Shown here one piece after another: positions 9,568 to 18,798 of a DNA stretch of 52,981 nucleotides. Source of the stretch: an uncultured Haloferula sp. GTDB taxonomy: Bacteria; Verrucomicrobiota; Verrucomicrobiia; Verrucomicrobiales; Akkermansiaceae. The DNA is taken from contig CBFGTS010000022.1 in NCBI GenBank assembly GCA_965652295.1, positions 1 through 52,981 on the forward strand, read 5' to 3'. The notes beneath the pieces were generated by a model, which ran no database searches, was not told the DNA's origin, and saw only the letters and a list, made by a program, of their open reading frames with translations. The stretch's first letter is position 1. Each line of letters opens with the position of its first letter. The translations under genes and the position numbers were made by a program.

Positions 9568-12099
9568 ATGGGCAAAACTCTTATCATCGCCGAAAAACCG
9601 TCCGTCATGACCGACCTCTCGAAGGCCCTCGCCAAGGTCTTCGGGAAGTTCGATAAACAGGGTCAGGGGCGCGATACCTGGTTCGAAAATGACGACGCCA
9701 TCATCACCTCCGCCGTCGGTCACCTCGTCGAGCTGCGCATGCCGACCGGACCGAATGGCAAGAAGCTGCCTTGGAAATTCGACGTCCTGCCGGCCATCCC
9801 GGAGACCTTCGAGCTCGATCCCATCGAGCAATCCGCCAGCCGCCTGCGCCAGGTCGTAAAGCTCGCCAAACGCAAGGACGTCGACCTCATCGTCAATGCC
9901 TGCGACGCCGGCCGCGAGGGCGAACTGATTTTCCGCTATATCATGGACATCGGAAAGATCGACAAGCCTTCCAAGCGCCTCTGGATGCAGTCGATGACCC
10001 AGGGTGCCATCCTCGCCGCGTGGGAAAAGCTCCGTAGCGACGATGAAATGCAGCCGTTGGCCGATGCCGCTCGCTGCCGTTCCGAGTCCGACTGGCTCGT
10101 CGGCCTCAACGCCACCCGCGCCCTCACCTGTTTCCGTTCCCGCCACGGCGGCTTCAACATCACCTCCGCCGGCCGCGTCCAGACGCCCACCCTCGCCATC
10201 CTCGCCAAGCGCGAGGCCGAGATCCAGTCCTTCAAGCCGGAGGGCTACCACGAGGTTCACGGCACTTTCGGCGTCGCCGCCGGCGATTACCTCGGAAAAT
10301 GGATCGATGAAGCGTGGAAGAAGGACCCCGCCCGGCCCCACGGCCGCCCCGAGCGGCTCTGGGACCGCAAGCTCGCCGAGGCCATCAAGGCCCGTTGCGA
10401 GGGGCAGACCGGCGTCATCGAGGAAACCAAGAAGCCGTCCACCCAGATCGCCCCGCAGCTCTACGATCTCACCACCCTCCAGCGCGAAGCCCCCTTCTCC
10501 GCCAAAGGCACCCTGGCCCTCGCCCAGGCGCTCTATGAGAAGCACAAGATGATCACCTACCCACGGACCGACTCCCGCTACCTGCCGGAAGACTACACCG
10601 GCCCGGTCCGCACCACCATGGGCGACATCGCCTCGTCCGATCTCCCCGTCTCCGACTTCGCCCGCAAGGTGCTCGATGAAAAGGACGGCGCGAAACTCGC
10701 GAAATCCAAGCGCGTGTTCGATTCCTCCAAGGTCTCCGATCACTTCGCCATCATCCCCACCGGCCGCGTCGTCAAGCTGACCGAGGCCGAAGAGAAGCTC
10801 TACGACATGATCGTGAAGCGCTTCGTCGCCGTCTTCTACCCGAACGCCGAGTTCGAGCAGACCACCCGCCTGACGAAGATCTCCACTCCCGGCGTCACCG
10901 ATGTTTTCAAAACCGAGGGCCGCGTGCTCGTGAAGCCCGGCTGGCTCGCCGTCTACGGCCGCAAGCCCGGCGTCGCCTCCGGCAAGGACGACCTCACCGC
11001 CGTCCAGCCGGGTGAAAAGGCGGACACCCGCGACATCGAGATCCTCGACGAGGAAACCAAGCCGCCCGCCCGCTACAACGAGTCCACCCTGCTCTCCGCC
11101 ATGGAAGGCGCCGGCAAGCTCGTCGATGATGAGGCGCTCGCCGAAGCCATGTCCGAGCGCGGCCTCGGCACCCCGGCCACCCGCGCAGCCATCATCGAGG
11201 CGCTGATCCGCCAGAAATACATCGCCCGCGATGGCGATGGCGGCCGCTCACCGCTCCACGTCTCGCCCACCGGCATGCGCCTCATCGAAGTCGTCACCGA
11301 GATGGACATCGCCGGCCTTGCCTCACCCCAGATGACCGGCGACTGGGAATACAAGCTGCGCCAGATGGAGCAGGGGCTCCTCGATCGCGACAGCTTCATG
11401 GCCGAGATCAAGAAATACACCACCGAGATCGTCCAAAAGGCCAAGGGGCTCGCCGCCGAAATCAAGAGCCGCCATTTCCCCGACCTCGATACCCCGTGCC
11501 CGGCCTGCGGCGCGCCCTCGCTCAAGCAGACCGACGCCACCTACGAGTGCCGCGAACCCGACTGCAAATTCCAAGCGAAGAAACACATCGCCGGCCGCAT
11601 CCTCACGCCCGAGGAGGCCAAGCAGCTCTTCACCACCAAGTTCATCGGGCCCCTCCAAGGCTTCAAATCGAAGTTCAACCAGCCCTTCGAGGCCGGTCTC
11701 GAACTGACCGACAAATTCAAGGTCAACTTCGTCTTCGACGAGAGCGAGAAGGAAACCGCCGCCGACCTCACCGACGATCAAATCATCGGCACCTTCCCGC
11801 TGACCGATGGCAAACAGGTCAAGGTTTACGAAACCGAGAAGGCCTGGTTCATCCCCGAACTCAAGACCAAGAAGGACGCCGACGGCATCCGCATCGGCCG
11901 CACCATCCTCCAGCGCGAAATCCCTCGGGAGGAGTTCATCAAAATGCTCGCCGAGGGCAAAACCGGCCTGATCAAGGGCTTCATCTCGAACCGCACCAAG
12001 CGCCCGTTCGACGCCTTCCTCACCCTCGATCCCACCACCGGAAAAGTCGGCTTCGAGTTTCCTCCACGCCCCGCCAAGAAGGCAGCGAAGAAATCCTGA
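9568..12099 (+). CDS. topB: DNA topoisomerase III (type IA) with zinc ribbon and C-terminal repeats
   Basis: [34 protein letters not shown], catalytic [23 protein letters not shown] and GFxSK..PF.A.L repeats. Confidence 0.92.
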   Translation: MGKTLIIAEKPSVMTDLSKALAKVFGKFDKQGQGRDTWFENDDAIITSAVGHLVELRMPTGPNGKKLPWKFDVLPAIPETFELDPIEQSASRLRQVVKLAKRKDVDLIVNACDAGREGELIFRYIMDIGKIDKPSKRLWMQSMTQGAILAAWEKLRSDDEMQPLADAARCRSESDWLVGLNATRALTCFRSRHGGFNITSAGRVQTPTLAILAKREAEIQSFKPEGYHEVHGTFGVAAGDYLGKWIDEAWKKDPARPHGRPERLWDRKLAEAIKARCEGQTGVIEETKKPSTQIAPQLYDLTTLQREAPFSAKGTLALAQALYEKHKMITYPRTDSRYLPEDYTGPVRTTMGDIASSDLPVSDFARKVLDEKDGAKLAKSKRVFDSSKVSDHFAIIPTGRVVKLTEAEEKLYDMIVKRFVAVFYPNAEFEQTTRLTKISTPGVTDVFKTEGRVLVKPGWLAVYGRKPGVASGKDDLTAVQPGEKADTRDIEILDEETKPPARYNESTLLSAMEGAGKLVDDEALAEAMSERGLGTPATRAAIIEALIRQKYIARDGDGGRSPLHVSPTGMRLIEVVTEMDIAGLASPQMTGDWEYKLRQMEQGLLDRDSFMAEIKKYTTEIVQKAKGLAAEIKSRHFPDLDTPCPACGAPSLKQTDATYECREPDCKFQAKKHIAGRILTPEEAKQLFTTKFIGPLQGFKSKFNQPFEAGLELTDKFKVNFVFDESEKETAADLTDDQIIGTFPLTDGKQVKVYETEKAWFIPELKTKKDADGIRIGRTILQREIPREEFIKMLAEGKTGLIKGFISNRTKRPFDAFLTLDPTTGKVGFEFPPRPAKKAAKKS

Positions 12100-12139
12100 T
12101 TCCACGCCGGGCGGAGCGCGCAAGATTCTGATTGTTAGA

Positions 12140-12159
12140 TATTTAGGAAAACCTAAATA
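12140..12159. promoter_or_regulatory. AT-rich operator-like palindrome TATTTAGG-AAAA-CCTAAATA
   Basis: Perfect 8-4-8 inverted repeat in an AT-rich island of a GC-rich genome. Confidence 0.65.
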
Positions 12160-12192
12160 CTGAAAATATTCTCTTTGAAGCCTCAAATTTGC

Positions 12193-12222
12193 TTGGACCG
12201 CGCCTCCGCATTTGCGTAGGTT
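12193..12222 (+). promoter_or_regulatory. putative sigma-70 promoter (TTGGAC-N18-TAGGTT)
   Basis: -35 and -10-like hexamers placed about 6 nt before a structured, terminator-bounded element. Confidence 0.5.
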
Positions 12223-12227
12223 TCCCC

Positions 12228-12373
12228 GTCCCCCGAAAGGGCGCTTCCCCCGATGAGGTCATCTCCCCCTGACCGAACCTTTGAGAAGCACAGGACACCG
12301 TTTTCCCCCTAACGTGTGTGTGTGTGAGCCGTCCGGCAGGTCGTCCCCCGATCTTCCGGACGGCTTCTTTTTT
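12228..12373 (+). ncRNA. candidate small RNA with repeated UCCCC hairpin loops
   Basis: Hairpins CCC-GAAA-GGG, GGTCA-[TCTCCCCC]-TGACC, ACACCGTT-[TTCCCCCT]-AACGTGTGT and a terminator hairpin with a TCCCC loop; no credible ORF. Confidence 0.6.
12326..12373 (+). terminator. intrinsic terminator
   Basis: GAGCCGTCCGG...CCGGACGGCTT followed by CTTTTTT. Confidence 0.8.
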
Positions 12374-12484
12374 GGGAGTAGGGAGAGCTGCTTTTCAGCT
12401 GACCCGGCGTCCACCCGGACCACCCGCCTCTTCGCCCGACAACTTGTGGATGAGAATCGAAGCGGCTTGAAAAACCCGTTCTCC

Positions 12485-13618
12485 CTACGGAAGCCACGCA
12501 GCCACCGCTTCGGCGGCCTTGCGGTGCGCGCCGGTGCCGCCAAGTGACGCGATCACTTCGGCGAGCCGCTTCTGCAAAGCCGCGACCTCATCGGGTTTCG
12601 TCAGCAGCCGCTCCAGTTCGCGGGAAACATGGCACGGGTCCGCCTCCGATTGGATGAACTCCTCCACCACGGTCTCGCCGGCCAGGATGTTGATCAGGCC
12701 GATGTGGTCGATCTTCACCACCATGCGGGCGATCACATACGTCGGCCACGCGAGCTTGTAGACCAAGCAATAGGGCAGCCCGAAAAACGCCGCCTCCACC
12801 GTGGCCGTGCCACTGGCCACCACGCCGCAGGCCGCTTCCTGCATCAGCCGATGCGCGCCGCCGTCCCGGATCTCAAGAGCATCACCCAACCTCAACGCCG
12901 CCGCCATTTCGCGAATGCGGCTGGCGAGCTTCGCATTGGCCGCCGGCACCGCGAACCGCAGCTCCGGCCGCCGCAAGAGCAGCCTTTCCGCCGTCTCCAA
13001 CATCATGGGGAAAAGCTTCTCCACCTCCGGCAGACGGCTTCCCGGCAGCAGCGCGACCAGCCCGGGATCGCGCGCGATCTCCCCGCTTCCCGTACGCTCA
13101 TGGGTGAGTTCGTCGATGATTGGATTGCCCGCGAAAGTCGCCTTCAGCCCGCTGCCTGCGAAAACCTCCGGCTCGAACGGCAGCAGGCAGAGCACCTCAT
13201 CGAGCACCGCGGCCATCTTCGGGATGCGACCCTTCTTCCACGCCCAGACCTGCGGACAGACGTACTGGACGATCCGCGTCTGCGGCAGCTCGTGCCGCAC
13301 CGCATCCGCGAAGCGCAGGTTGAAGCCCGGGTAGTCGACCAACAGCACCACGTCCGGGTTCCATTCGCGGACTTCCGCCCGCATCTCCTCGAAGCTCTGC
13401 TTGAAAAACGAATAGTGCTTCAGCACCTCCACCACGCCCATCACGGCCGCTCGATCGATCCAATCGCGGACCCCCTCACCGGCCACCTCACGCATTTTCG
13501 GCCCTCCGGCTCCGCGGATTTCCAAGCCCGGCCGCAGGGCCAAGAGTTCGCGCAGCAGGCCCGCCGCGTGCGCGTCGCCACTCATTTCCCCCGCGATGAC
13601 ATACAGCCGGCCGCTCAT
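12485..13618 (-). CDS. lpxB: lipid-A-disaccharide synthase
   Basis: IAGEMSGD.H, VDYPGFN, PQVWAWK.GR, LPFE, LLPGSR..E, SGTAT.E. Confidence 0.95.
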   Translation of the reverse strand: MSGRLYVIAGEMSGDAHAAGLLRELLALRPGLEIRGAGGPKMREVAGEGVRDWIDRAAVMGVVEVLKHYSFFKQSFEEMRAEVREWNPDVVLLVDYPGFNLRFADAVRHELPQTRIVQYVCPQVWAWKKGRIPKMAAVLDEVLCLLPFEPEVFAGSGLKATFAGNPIIDELTHERTGSGEIARDPGLVALLPGSRLPEVEKLFPMMLETAERLLLRRPELRFAVPAANAKLASRIREMAAALRLGDALEIRDGGAHRLMQEAACGVVASGTATVEAAFFGLPYCLVYKLAWPTYVIARMVVKIDHIGLINILAGETVVEEFIQSEADPCHVSRELERLLTKPDEVAALQKRLAEVIASLGGTGAHRKAAEAVAAWLP

Positions 13619-13730
13619 CGGCTGGAAGCTAAGGCTTTTCCGCGCTGCGGATCAACCGCGATGCCACATCCCCATTTGTCATTGATTTCCCTCGCTTGCC
13701 CTCCTTAATCGCCGCCCAACCTCAGCGCTC

Positions 13731-14576
13731 ATGGCCGATTCCAACGCCGATCCGAAACCCATTGCCGAAATCTCCCACGGCCCGTCCGCCTTCGAACAGT
13801 TCCTGGACAAGAACCAGAAGCTGCTCATCGGCCTCGGCGTCGTCCTGGCCATCGCCGCCGGAGCGTGGGTCGTGAAAGATGGCATCGACCGCGGTGCTCG
13901 CGAGGACGGCGGGAACGCCCTCGTCGATGCCGAAACGACCGAGGAACTGAAGGCCGTGGTCGAAAACCACGCCGCCACCCCCGCCGCCGGTTCCGCCGCC
14001 GTGCTGCTCTCCGACCGCCAGTGGGAGGAAGGCCAGCAGAGCGCCTCGCTCGAAACCTTGCGCACCGAGATCGCCGCCCGCCCCGAGCATCCCGCCACCA
14101 TTCCCGCCCGCGCCCGCCTCGCCGCCCGCCTTCGCGAAATGGGAGAGACCGCCGAGGCCACGACTCAGCTCGAACAACTCATCGCCGATCCGACCGCCGA
14201 CTGGATCGCCCCCTACGCGCTCGTTTCCCTCGCCGAGATCGCCCGCGCCGAAGGCGACGCCGCCAAGGCCGAGTCCTACCTCGAGGAAGCCCGTGAGAAG
14301 TATCCCATGACCGCGTTTTCGAACTCGATCCAGGAAGCCGCCCGCTTCGTGGACTTCACCATGCCGACGGAAGTCGAGGCTCCCGCTCCGCCCACCATGG
14401 AAGAACTCCAGCTCCCCGACTCCCCCGGCTCGGAGCCCGGTGCCTCCAATGGCATGAGCAACCCCCTCCTCGACTCCTTCGGCCCCACCGACGAAGCCCC
14501 TGCGGTCCCCGCGGAAGACGCCGAGCCATCGGCCGAAGGCGAAAACGCCGCTGAGCCCGCTCCCGCCGGGGAATGA
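13731..14576 (+). CDS. membrane-anchored tetratricopeptide-repeat protein (YfgM-like)
   Basis: Single N-terminal TM segment, Ala/Leu helical repeats, acidic Pro-rich tail. Confidence 0.7.
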   Translation: MADSNADPKPIAEISHGPSAFEQFLDKNQKLLIGLGVVLAIAAGAWVVKDGIDRGAREDGGNALVDAETTEELKAVVENHAATPAAGSAAVLLSDRQWEEGQQSASLETLRTEIAARPEHPATIPARARLAARLREMGETAEATTQLEQLIADPTADWIAPYALVSLAEIARAEGDAAKAESYLEEAREKYPMTAFSNSIQEAARFVDFTMPTEVEAPAPPTMEELQLPDSPGSEPGASNGMSNPLLDSFGPTDEAPAVPAEDAEPSAEGENAAEPAPAGE

Positions 14577-14626
14577 CATTGACATCGCCCACAGCCCCAT
14601 CTCCTTGTTGAGCCGTGAGCGATAAC

Positions 14627-15157
14627 ATGTTCAAGAAAGTCATCGGCCGCCGCGCCGATGAAACCCCGGAAACTCCTTCCAGCCCACCTGCTTCCGCTCC
14701 TGCGGCGCACAGCTCGACCCCTCCGGTCGCCGGCACCTCCGCAGCGTCCTCGCCTTCGCCCGCCGCCAAACCCAGCTCTCCCGGCGGCCCTTCCCGCAAC
14801 GTCCTCAGCACGGATGTGGACATCAAGGGCACCGTCAAATTCACCAATGACCTCGTGGTCGACGGCAAGATCGAAGGCGAAATCTCCTCCGCCGGCAACC
14901 TGACCGTCGGTGAAAACGCCCGTCTCAAGGCCGAGATCAAGTGCGGCACCGTCGTCGTCTACGGCAAGGTCCACGGCAACATCGCCGCCAGCGACCGCGT
15001 CGACCTCAAGTCGAGCGCCGAAGTCGTGGGCGACATCAAGGCCAAGACCCTCGCCATCGAAGCCGGTGCCATCTTCGTCGGCAAGTCGACCGTCGGCACA
15101 CCTTCCACCCCGGCAGGCACCGACATCAAGAAGCCCGCAGAGCCCGCCAAGGCCTGA
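14627..15157 (+). CDS. bactofilin (polymer-forming cytoskeletal protein)
   Basis: DVDIKGTVKF..L.VDGKIEG.I...GNI.A...V.L...A.V.GDI....L.IEAGA.F.G; Pro/Ser-rich N-tail. TTGACA at 14579; alternative start GTG 14615. Confidence 0.9.
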   Translation: MFKKVIGRRADETPETPSSPPASAPAAHSSTPPVAGTSAASSPSPAAKPSSPGGPSRNVLSTDVDIKGTVKFTNDLVVDGKIEGEISSAGNLTVGENARLKAEIKCGTVVVYGKVHGNIAASDRVDLKSSAEVVGDIKAKTLAIEAGAIFVGKSTVGTPSTPAGTDIKKPAEPAKA

Positions 15158-15179
15158 ATCCGGCTCACCCCACTTTGCG

Positions 15180-15214
15180 AAGCGGCGTCTCCCCCTGCGG
15201 GAGCCGCCGCTTTT
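15180..15214 (+). terminator. intrinsic terminator after bactofilin
   Basis: AAGCGGCG..TCCC/GGGA..CGCCGCTTTT hairpin. Confidence 0.6.
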
Positions 15215-15266
15215 CGTTCCCCTCAAGTTCCTTGAAACTTGAACCTCCAAACTTGAAGCTCCTCTC

Positions 15267-16205
15267 ATGCCCGCCGCCGCCCTCGACCTCAAGGACGCCA
15301 TCCTCCAGCTCAAGCAGGAGCGCAATGCCGTCATCCTGGCCCACAACTACCAGACCGGCGACATCCAGGACCTCGCCGATTACGTCGGCGATTCCCTCGG
15401 CCTCGCCTACAAGGCCAAGGAAACCGAGGCCGACGTCATCGTTTTCTGCGGCGTCCACTTCATGGCGGAAACGGCGAAGATCGTGAATCCCACGAAAACC
15501 GTCGTCCTCCCCGACAAGGACGCCGGCTGCTCGCTTGAGCAATCCTGCCCCGGCCCCGAGCTGGAGGCGTTCCTCAACGCCAACGCCGAGAAGAACTACT
15601 ACGTCATCGCCTACATCAACTGCTCGGCCCACGTGAAATCGCTCTGCGACGTCATCTGCACCTCCGGCAACGCCGTCCGCATCGTCCAGCAGGCTCCGGC
15701 GGACCGCCCGATCCTCTTCGTCCCGGACGCCAACCTCGGTGCCTGGGTCATGGAGCAAACCGGCCGCAAAATGGACCTCTGGCAGGGCTCGTGCTACGTC
15801 CACGTCGAGTTCACCCGCGATTCGATCCAGCGTATCAAGGACGAGTATCCCGACGCCCTCGTCGTCGCCCATCCCGAGTGCACCCAGGCCGTCCGCCTGC
15901 TCGCCGACGAGGTCTGTTCCACCGAAAAAATGATCTCCTGGTGCAAGGCCGCGCCGTCCGACAACCTCATCGTCGTCACCGAGAGCGGAATGCTCCACCG
16001 GCTCAAGAAGGAGGTGCCTGAAAAGAACCTCATTCCCGGACCCACCGACCGTTGCGCCTGTGCCGACTGCAAATACATGAAGCTCAACACCTTGGAAAAG
16101 CTTCACGCCTGCCTCGCCAAGCTCGAACCCGAGGTCGTCCTCCCCGAGGCCATCCGCGCCAAGGCCGAGATCCCGCTCCTGCGCATGCTGGAGCAATCGA
16201 AGTGA
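15267..16205 (+). CDS. nadA: quinolinate synthase
   Basis: ILAHNYQ, VGDSL.L, VFCGVHFMAETAKI, AGCSL, YINCSA, C.VH, AHPEC, C.YMK. Confidence 0.96.
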   Translation: MPAAALDLKDAILQLKQERNAVILAHNYQTGDIQDLADYVGDSLGLAYKAKETEADVIVFCGVHFMAETAKIVNPTKTVVLPDKDAGCSLEQSCPGPELEAFLNANAEKNYYVIAYINCSAHVKSLCDVICTSGNAVRIVQQAPADRPILFVPDANLGAWVMEQTGRKMDLWQGSCYVHVEFTRDSIQRIKDEYPDALVVAHPECTQAVRLLADEVCSTEKMISWCKAAPSDNLIVVTESGMLHRLKKEVPEKNLIPGPTDRCACADCKYMKLNTLEKLHACLAKLEPEVVLPEAIRAKAEIPLLRMLEQSK

Positions 16206-16287
16206 GGGGCACTTCGATACCCAAGTGAGCTGTCTTTGGAACAAGCATTTCTGTCCGATTCCTGCGTCCCCGGGTATTAGGGGTTGA

Positions 16288-17736
16288 GTGAAGACAGCCA
16301 GCGATCAGCAGCTTCTGGAACAGTACGCGGCGACGCGGTCCGACGCCGCTTTCGCCGAACTCGTGCGACGTCACCTCGGTCTCGTGCACTCCGCAGCGCT
16401 GAGGATGACCAGAAATCCGCACACGGCGGAGGACGTAGCGCAGGGAGTGTTCACCGCTCTCGCGAAGAATGCCCGGAAACTCTCCGCTCATCCCGCCCTC
16501 CCCGGCTGGCTCCACCAGACGACACGCAACCTGACAGCCAAAGCCATCCGCACCGACGTCCGCCGCCGGGAGCGCGAACGGCAGGCATTTGCCATGCAGG
16601 ACCACCAAGTCCCCGGAAACTTTTGGGGAGAAATCGCTCCCCACCTCGACGAGGCTATCGGCGAACTCCGCGAGAGAGAGCGTGACGCGCTGATCCTGCG
16701 CTATTTTGAAAAACGCTCCGCGCATGAAATCGCCAAGTTGCTAGACATCACGCCCGAGGCGGCCCAGAAGCGAGTTTCGCGGGCTGTCGAAAGCTTGCGC
16801 GTGGCATTCGCCCGACGCGGGATCACTACCGCCTCCACCGGAGTGACGGCCACCATCGCCTCCCATGCGGTGCAGGCCGCACCGGAGAGCTTCACCGTTG
16901 TCATTGCGAAGCAGGCGGTTTCGACCGCCGCTACCGCGACCCTGTTGCCCCACATGCTCGCTCCGGCGGCGATGGTCTTGATCGCGGGTCTGTGGGTTCT
17001 TCAGCACTCGCGGGCAGACCAGTTGCGGCGGGAAATCCAGGCCGCGGCGAAGACCACATCCCCGGCCTTCCTTCTCGCCGAGGCGGGGAACGAGCCGGAT
17101 AGCGGGCAAGTCGCAACTTCAACGAAGTCCTCCGACCCAAGCGCGGAAAGCGGCGCAACCGTGGTAGCGGGGGCCATGGTGGACGGTGAGTGGCTCGGCT
17201 TCGATCTGGATCCGGATTTCACTCCCATCGATTCTCGTGGCCGCCCGACGACCGACGCGGTGGAACGTTTGGAGCTGACTGACGACGAGATCGATTCCCT
17301 GACCACCGCCGTCTGGCGAGCCCGGGAGGTGGCCGCCGAGGATTTCGTCGCGAGGATCAAGCACATCCGCACCGAACCGACGGAGGCAGAAGGTCAGCGA
17401 TTCGTCTATCAAGTTCCAGCGAGCGCCGACCGGGGTCGGAGTTATTCGAATGCCCTCGCCAAGTCGTTCCGACAGATCCTCGGCAATCAACGGGCCAACT
17501 TGATGCGTCCGGCATGGGAACAAGACGCGGACAGCGGAGGCGTGGACGAGTACCTCGGAGGCGTCGGCCGCTTCGATCTGGCGATCGAGTTCACCCGAAA
17601 CGGGAAGGGCGAGTTGTCGGTGAAGTGGGTGTCCACCCACCCCGAAACCGGAGAACTGAGAGGGTCCTGGGAAGGCTTGATCGACTCGTTCGAAGAATGC
17701 TTCGGCGGAGTTTTCGAGTTCCCAGACAGCCCGTAA
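16288..17736 (+). CDS. ECF RNA polymerase sigma factor with TM segment and C-terminal extension
   Basis: DAAFAELVRRH..LV.S.A, AEDVAQ.VF, GWL; sigma-4 region LRYFE..S..EIA..L...AAQKRVSRA; then a hydrophobic segment and about 230 aa extension. Confidence 0.9.
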   Translation: MKTASDQQLLEQYAATRSDAAFAELVRRHLGLVHSAALRMTRNPHTAEDVAQGVFTALAKNARKLSAHPALPGWLHQTTRNLTAKAIRTDVRRRERERQAFAMQDHQVPGNFWGEIAPHLDEAIGELRERERDALILRYFEKRSAHEIAKLLDITPEAAQKRVSRAVESLRVAFARRGITTASTGVTATIASHAVQAAPESFTVVIAKQAVSTAATATLLPHMLAPAAMVLIAGLWVLQHSRADQLRREIQAAAKTTSPAFLLAEAGNEPDSGQVATSTKSSDPSAESGATVVAGAMVDGEWLGFDLDPDFTPIDSRGRPTTDAVERLELTDDEIDSLTTAVWRAREVAAEDFVARIKHIRTEPTEAEGQRFVYQVPASADRGRSYSNALAKSFRQILGNQRANLMRPAWEQDADSGGVDEYLGGVGRFDLAIEFTRNGKGELSVKWVSTHPETGELRGSWEGLIDSFEECFGGVFEFPDSP

Positions 17737-17748
17737 CCCATTCAATCC

Positions 17749-18474
17749 GTGAAGAGATTCATCATTGCCGCTATCCTTCTGATCCTCGTTTTCGCCGTGA
17801 TCCGGGAGAGCCTTGCGGTGCGCCGATTGACGGCAGAACGCGACGACTTGCTGGGGTCGCGTCCCGCCCAGCAACGCCTCCATCCCCGCACCACCGAAGC
17901 CGAGCCGCCACCCACGACGCCATCCTCTCGTCCGGACATCCCCCATGCGTTTCCAGAAAGTCTGAACCACGCAGACCGGGATCCGTTTTTCGTGAGTATC
18001 TCCGGTGATGGCACCCTCGCCCGACACACCATCCGCGAACTGGGCCTCGACGCCCAACAAACCTCCCGAGTGAATCAAGCGCTCGCCCGAGTCCGCCAAA
18101 AAGCGGCCGAAGATTTCTCAAACCGACTCCGACGCCTCCCGGCCAACCCCGGAGGAACCACCATCCACTATGCCCGTGCTCGGAAAGATCGGGGGAAAGA
18201 GCTTCTCGACTCCCTCGCCGACGACCTCAGCGAGTCGGTCGGTGAGACACTGTCCACCAAGCTGATGAAAAGCTTGGTGGTGGACAGTTTCATTGGCGCG
18301 ATGGGCCGCTTTGACATGGAAATCGAAACGTTTCGCACTGAGCAGGGGATCCGGAGGGTGAAACATCGGTACCTCAGCCCCAAAACCGGAGCGGTTTCCC
18401 GTTTCGGGGAAACCTCTTTGGAGAACTTCGAGAACAAGTTCGGGATCGAGTGGAGCTTTTCAGAAAACAACTGA
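17749..18474 (+). CDS. membrane-anchored hypothetical protein paralogous to the ECF C-terminal extension
   Basis: MKRF plus hydrophobic anchor; shares DP.F..I...G, AAEDF, DRG, GRFD, P.TG and FE..FG with the upstream ECF. Confidence 0.8.
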   Translation: MKRFIIAAILLILVFAVIRESLAVRRLTAERDDLLGSRPAQQRLHPRTTEAEPPPTTPSSRPDIPHAFPESLNHADRDPFFVSISGDGTLARHTIRELGLDAQQTSRVNQALARVRQKAAEDFSNRLRRLPANPGGTTIHYARARKDRGKELLDSLADDLSESVGETLSTKLMKSLVVDSFIGAMGRFDMEIETFRTEQGIRRVKHRYLSPKTGAVSRFGETSLENFENKFGIEWSFSENN

Positions 18475-18538
18475 GGGAGGAGCGCACCAGACACTTGAAT
18501 CTTTGAAGTTGGAACTTCGCGGTCCTAGGCTCCCTCCC

Positions 18539-18793
18539 ATGCCCACCGCCGATCCCCGGTTCCACGATTTCGTCCTGCTCCAGGCCCAGAACGCCGGGCT
18601 TTTCCTCGGCCAACTGCCGAATCCCGCCACCGGTGAGAAATCCGTCAACCTGCGCGCGGCCAAGTCGGTTATCGACTCGCTGGCCATGCTGGAGGCGAAA
18701 ACCACCGGCAACCTCACCGAGACGGAAGCCAAACTGCTCCGGACCGCGCTTGCCAACCTCCGCCCGCTTTACGAGAAAGCGTCACAAGATTGA
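18539..18793 (+). CDS. DUF1844 family protein
   Basis: A..FLG..PNP.TG....NL.AAK..ID.L..LE.KT.GNLT..E..LL...L..LR..Y. Confidence 0.85.
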   Translation: MPTADPRFHDFVLLQAQNAGLFLGQLPNPATGEKSVNLRAAKSVIDSLAMLEAKTTGNLTETEAKLLRTALANLRPLYEKASQD

Positions 18794-18798
18794 CCCTC

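Noticed and set aside
12314..12326. GT dinucleotide run as a phase-variable microsatellite
   Set aside because: Short, non-coding, and explained as a stem arm of the candidate sRNA.
12228..12373. tRNA, tmRNA, SRP, 6S or CRISPR identity for the structured element
   Set aside because: No cloverleaf or T-loop, no SRP loop, no long closing duplex and no repeat-spacer periodicity.
16206..18530. ECF pair as a mobile element
   Set aside because: No transposase, integrase, terminal inverted repeats or target-site duplication seen.
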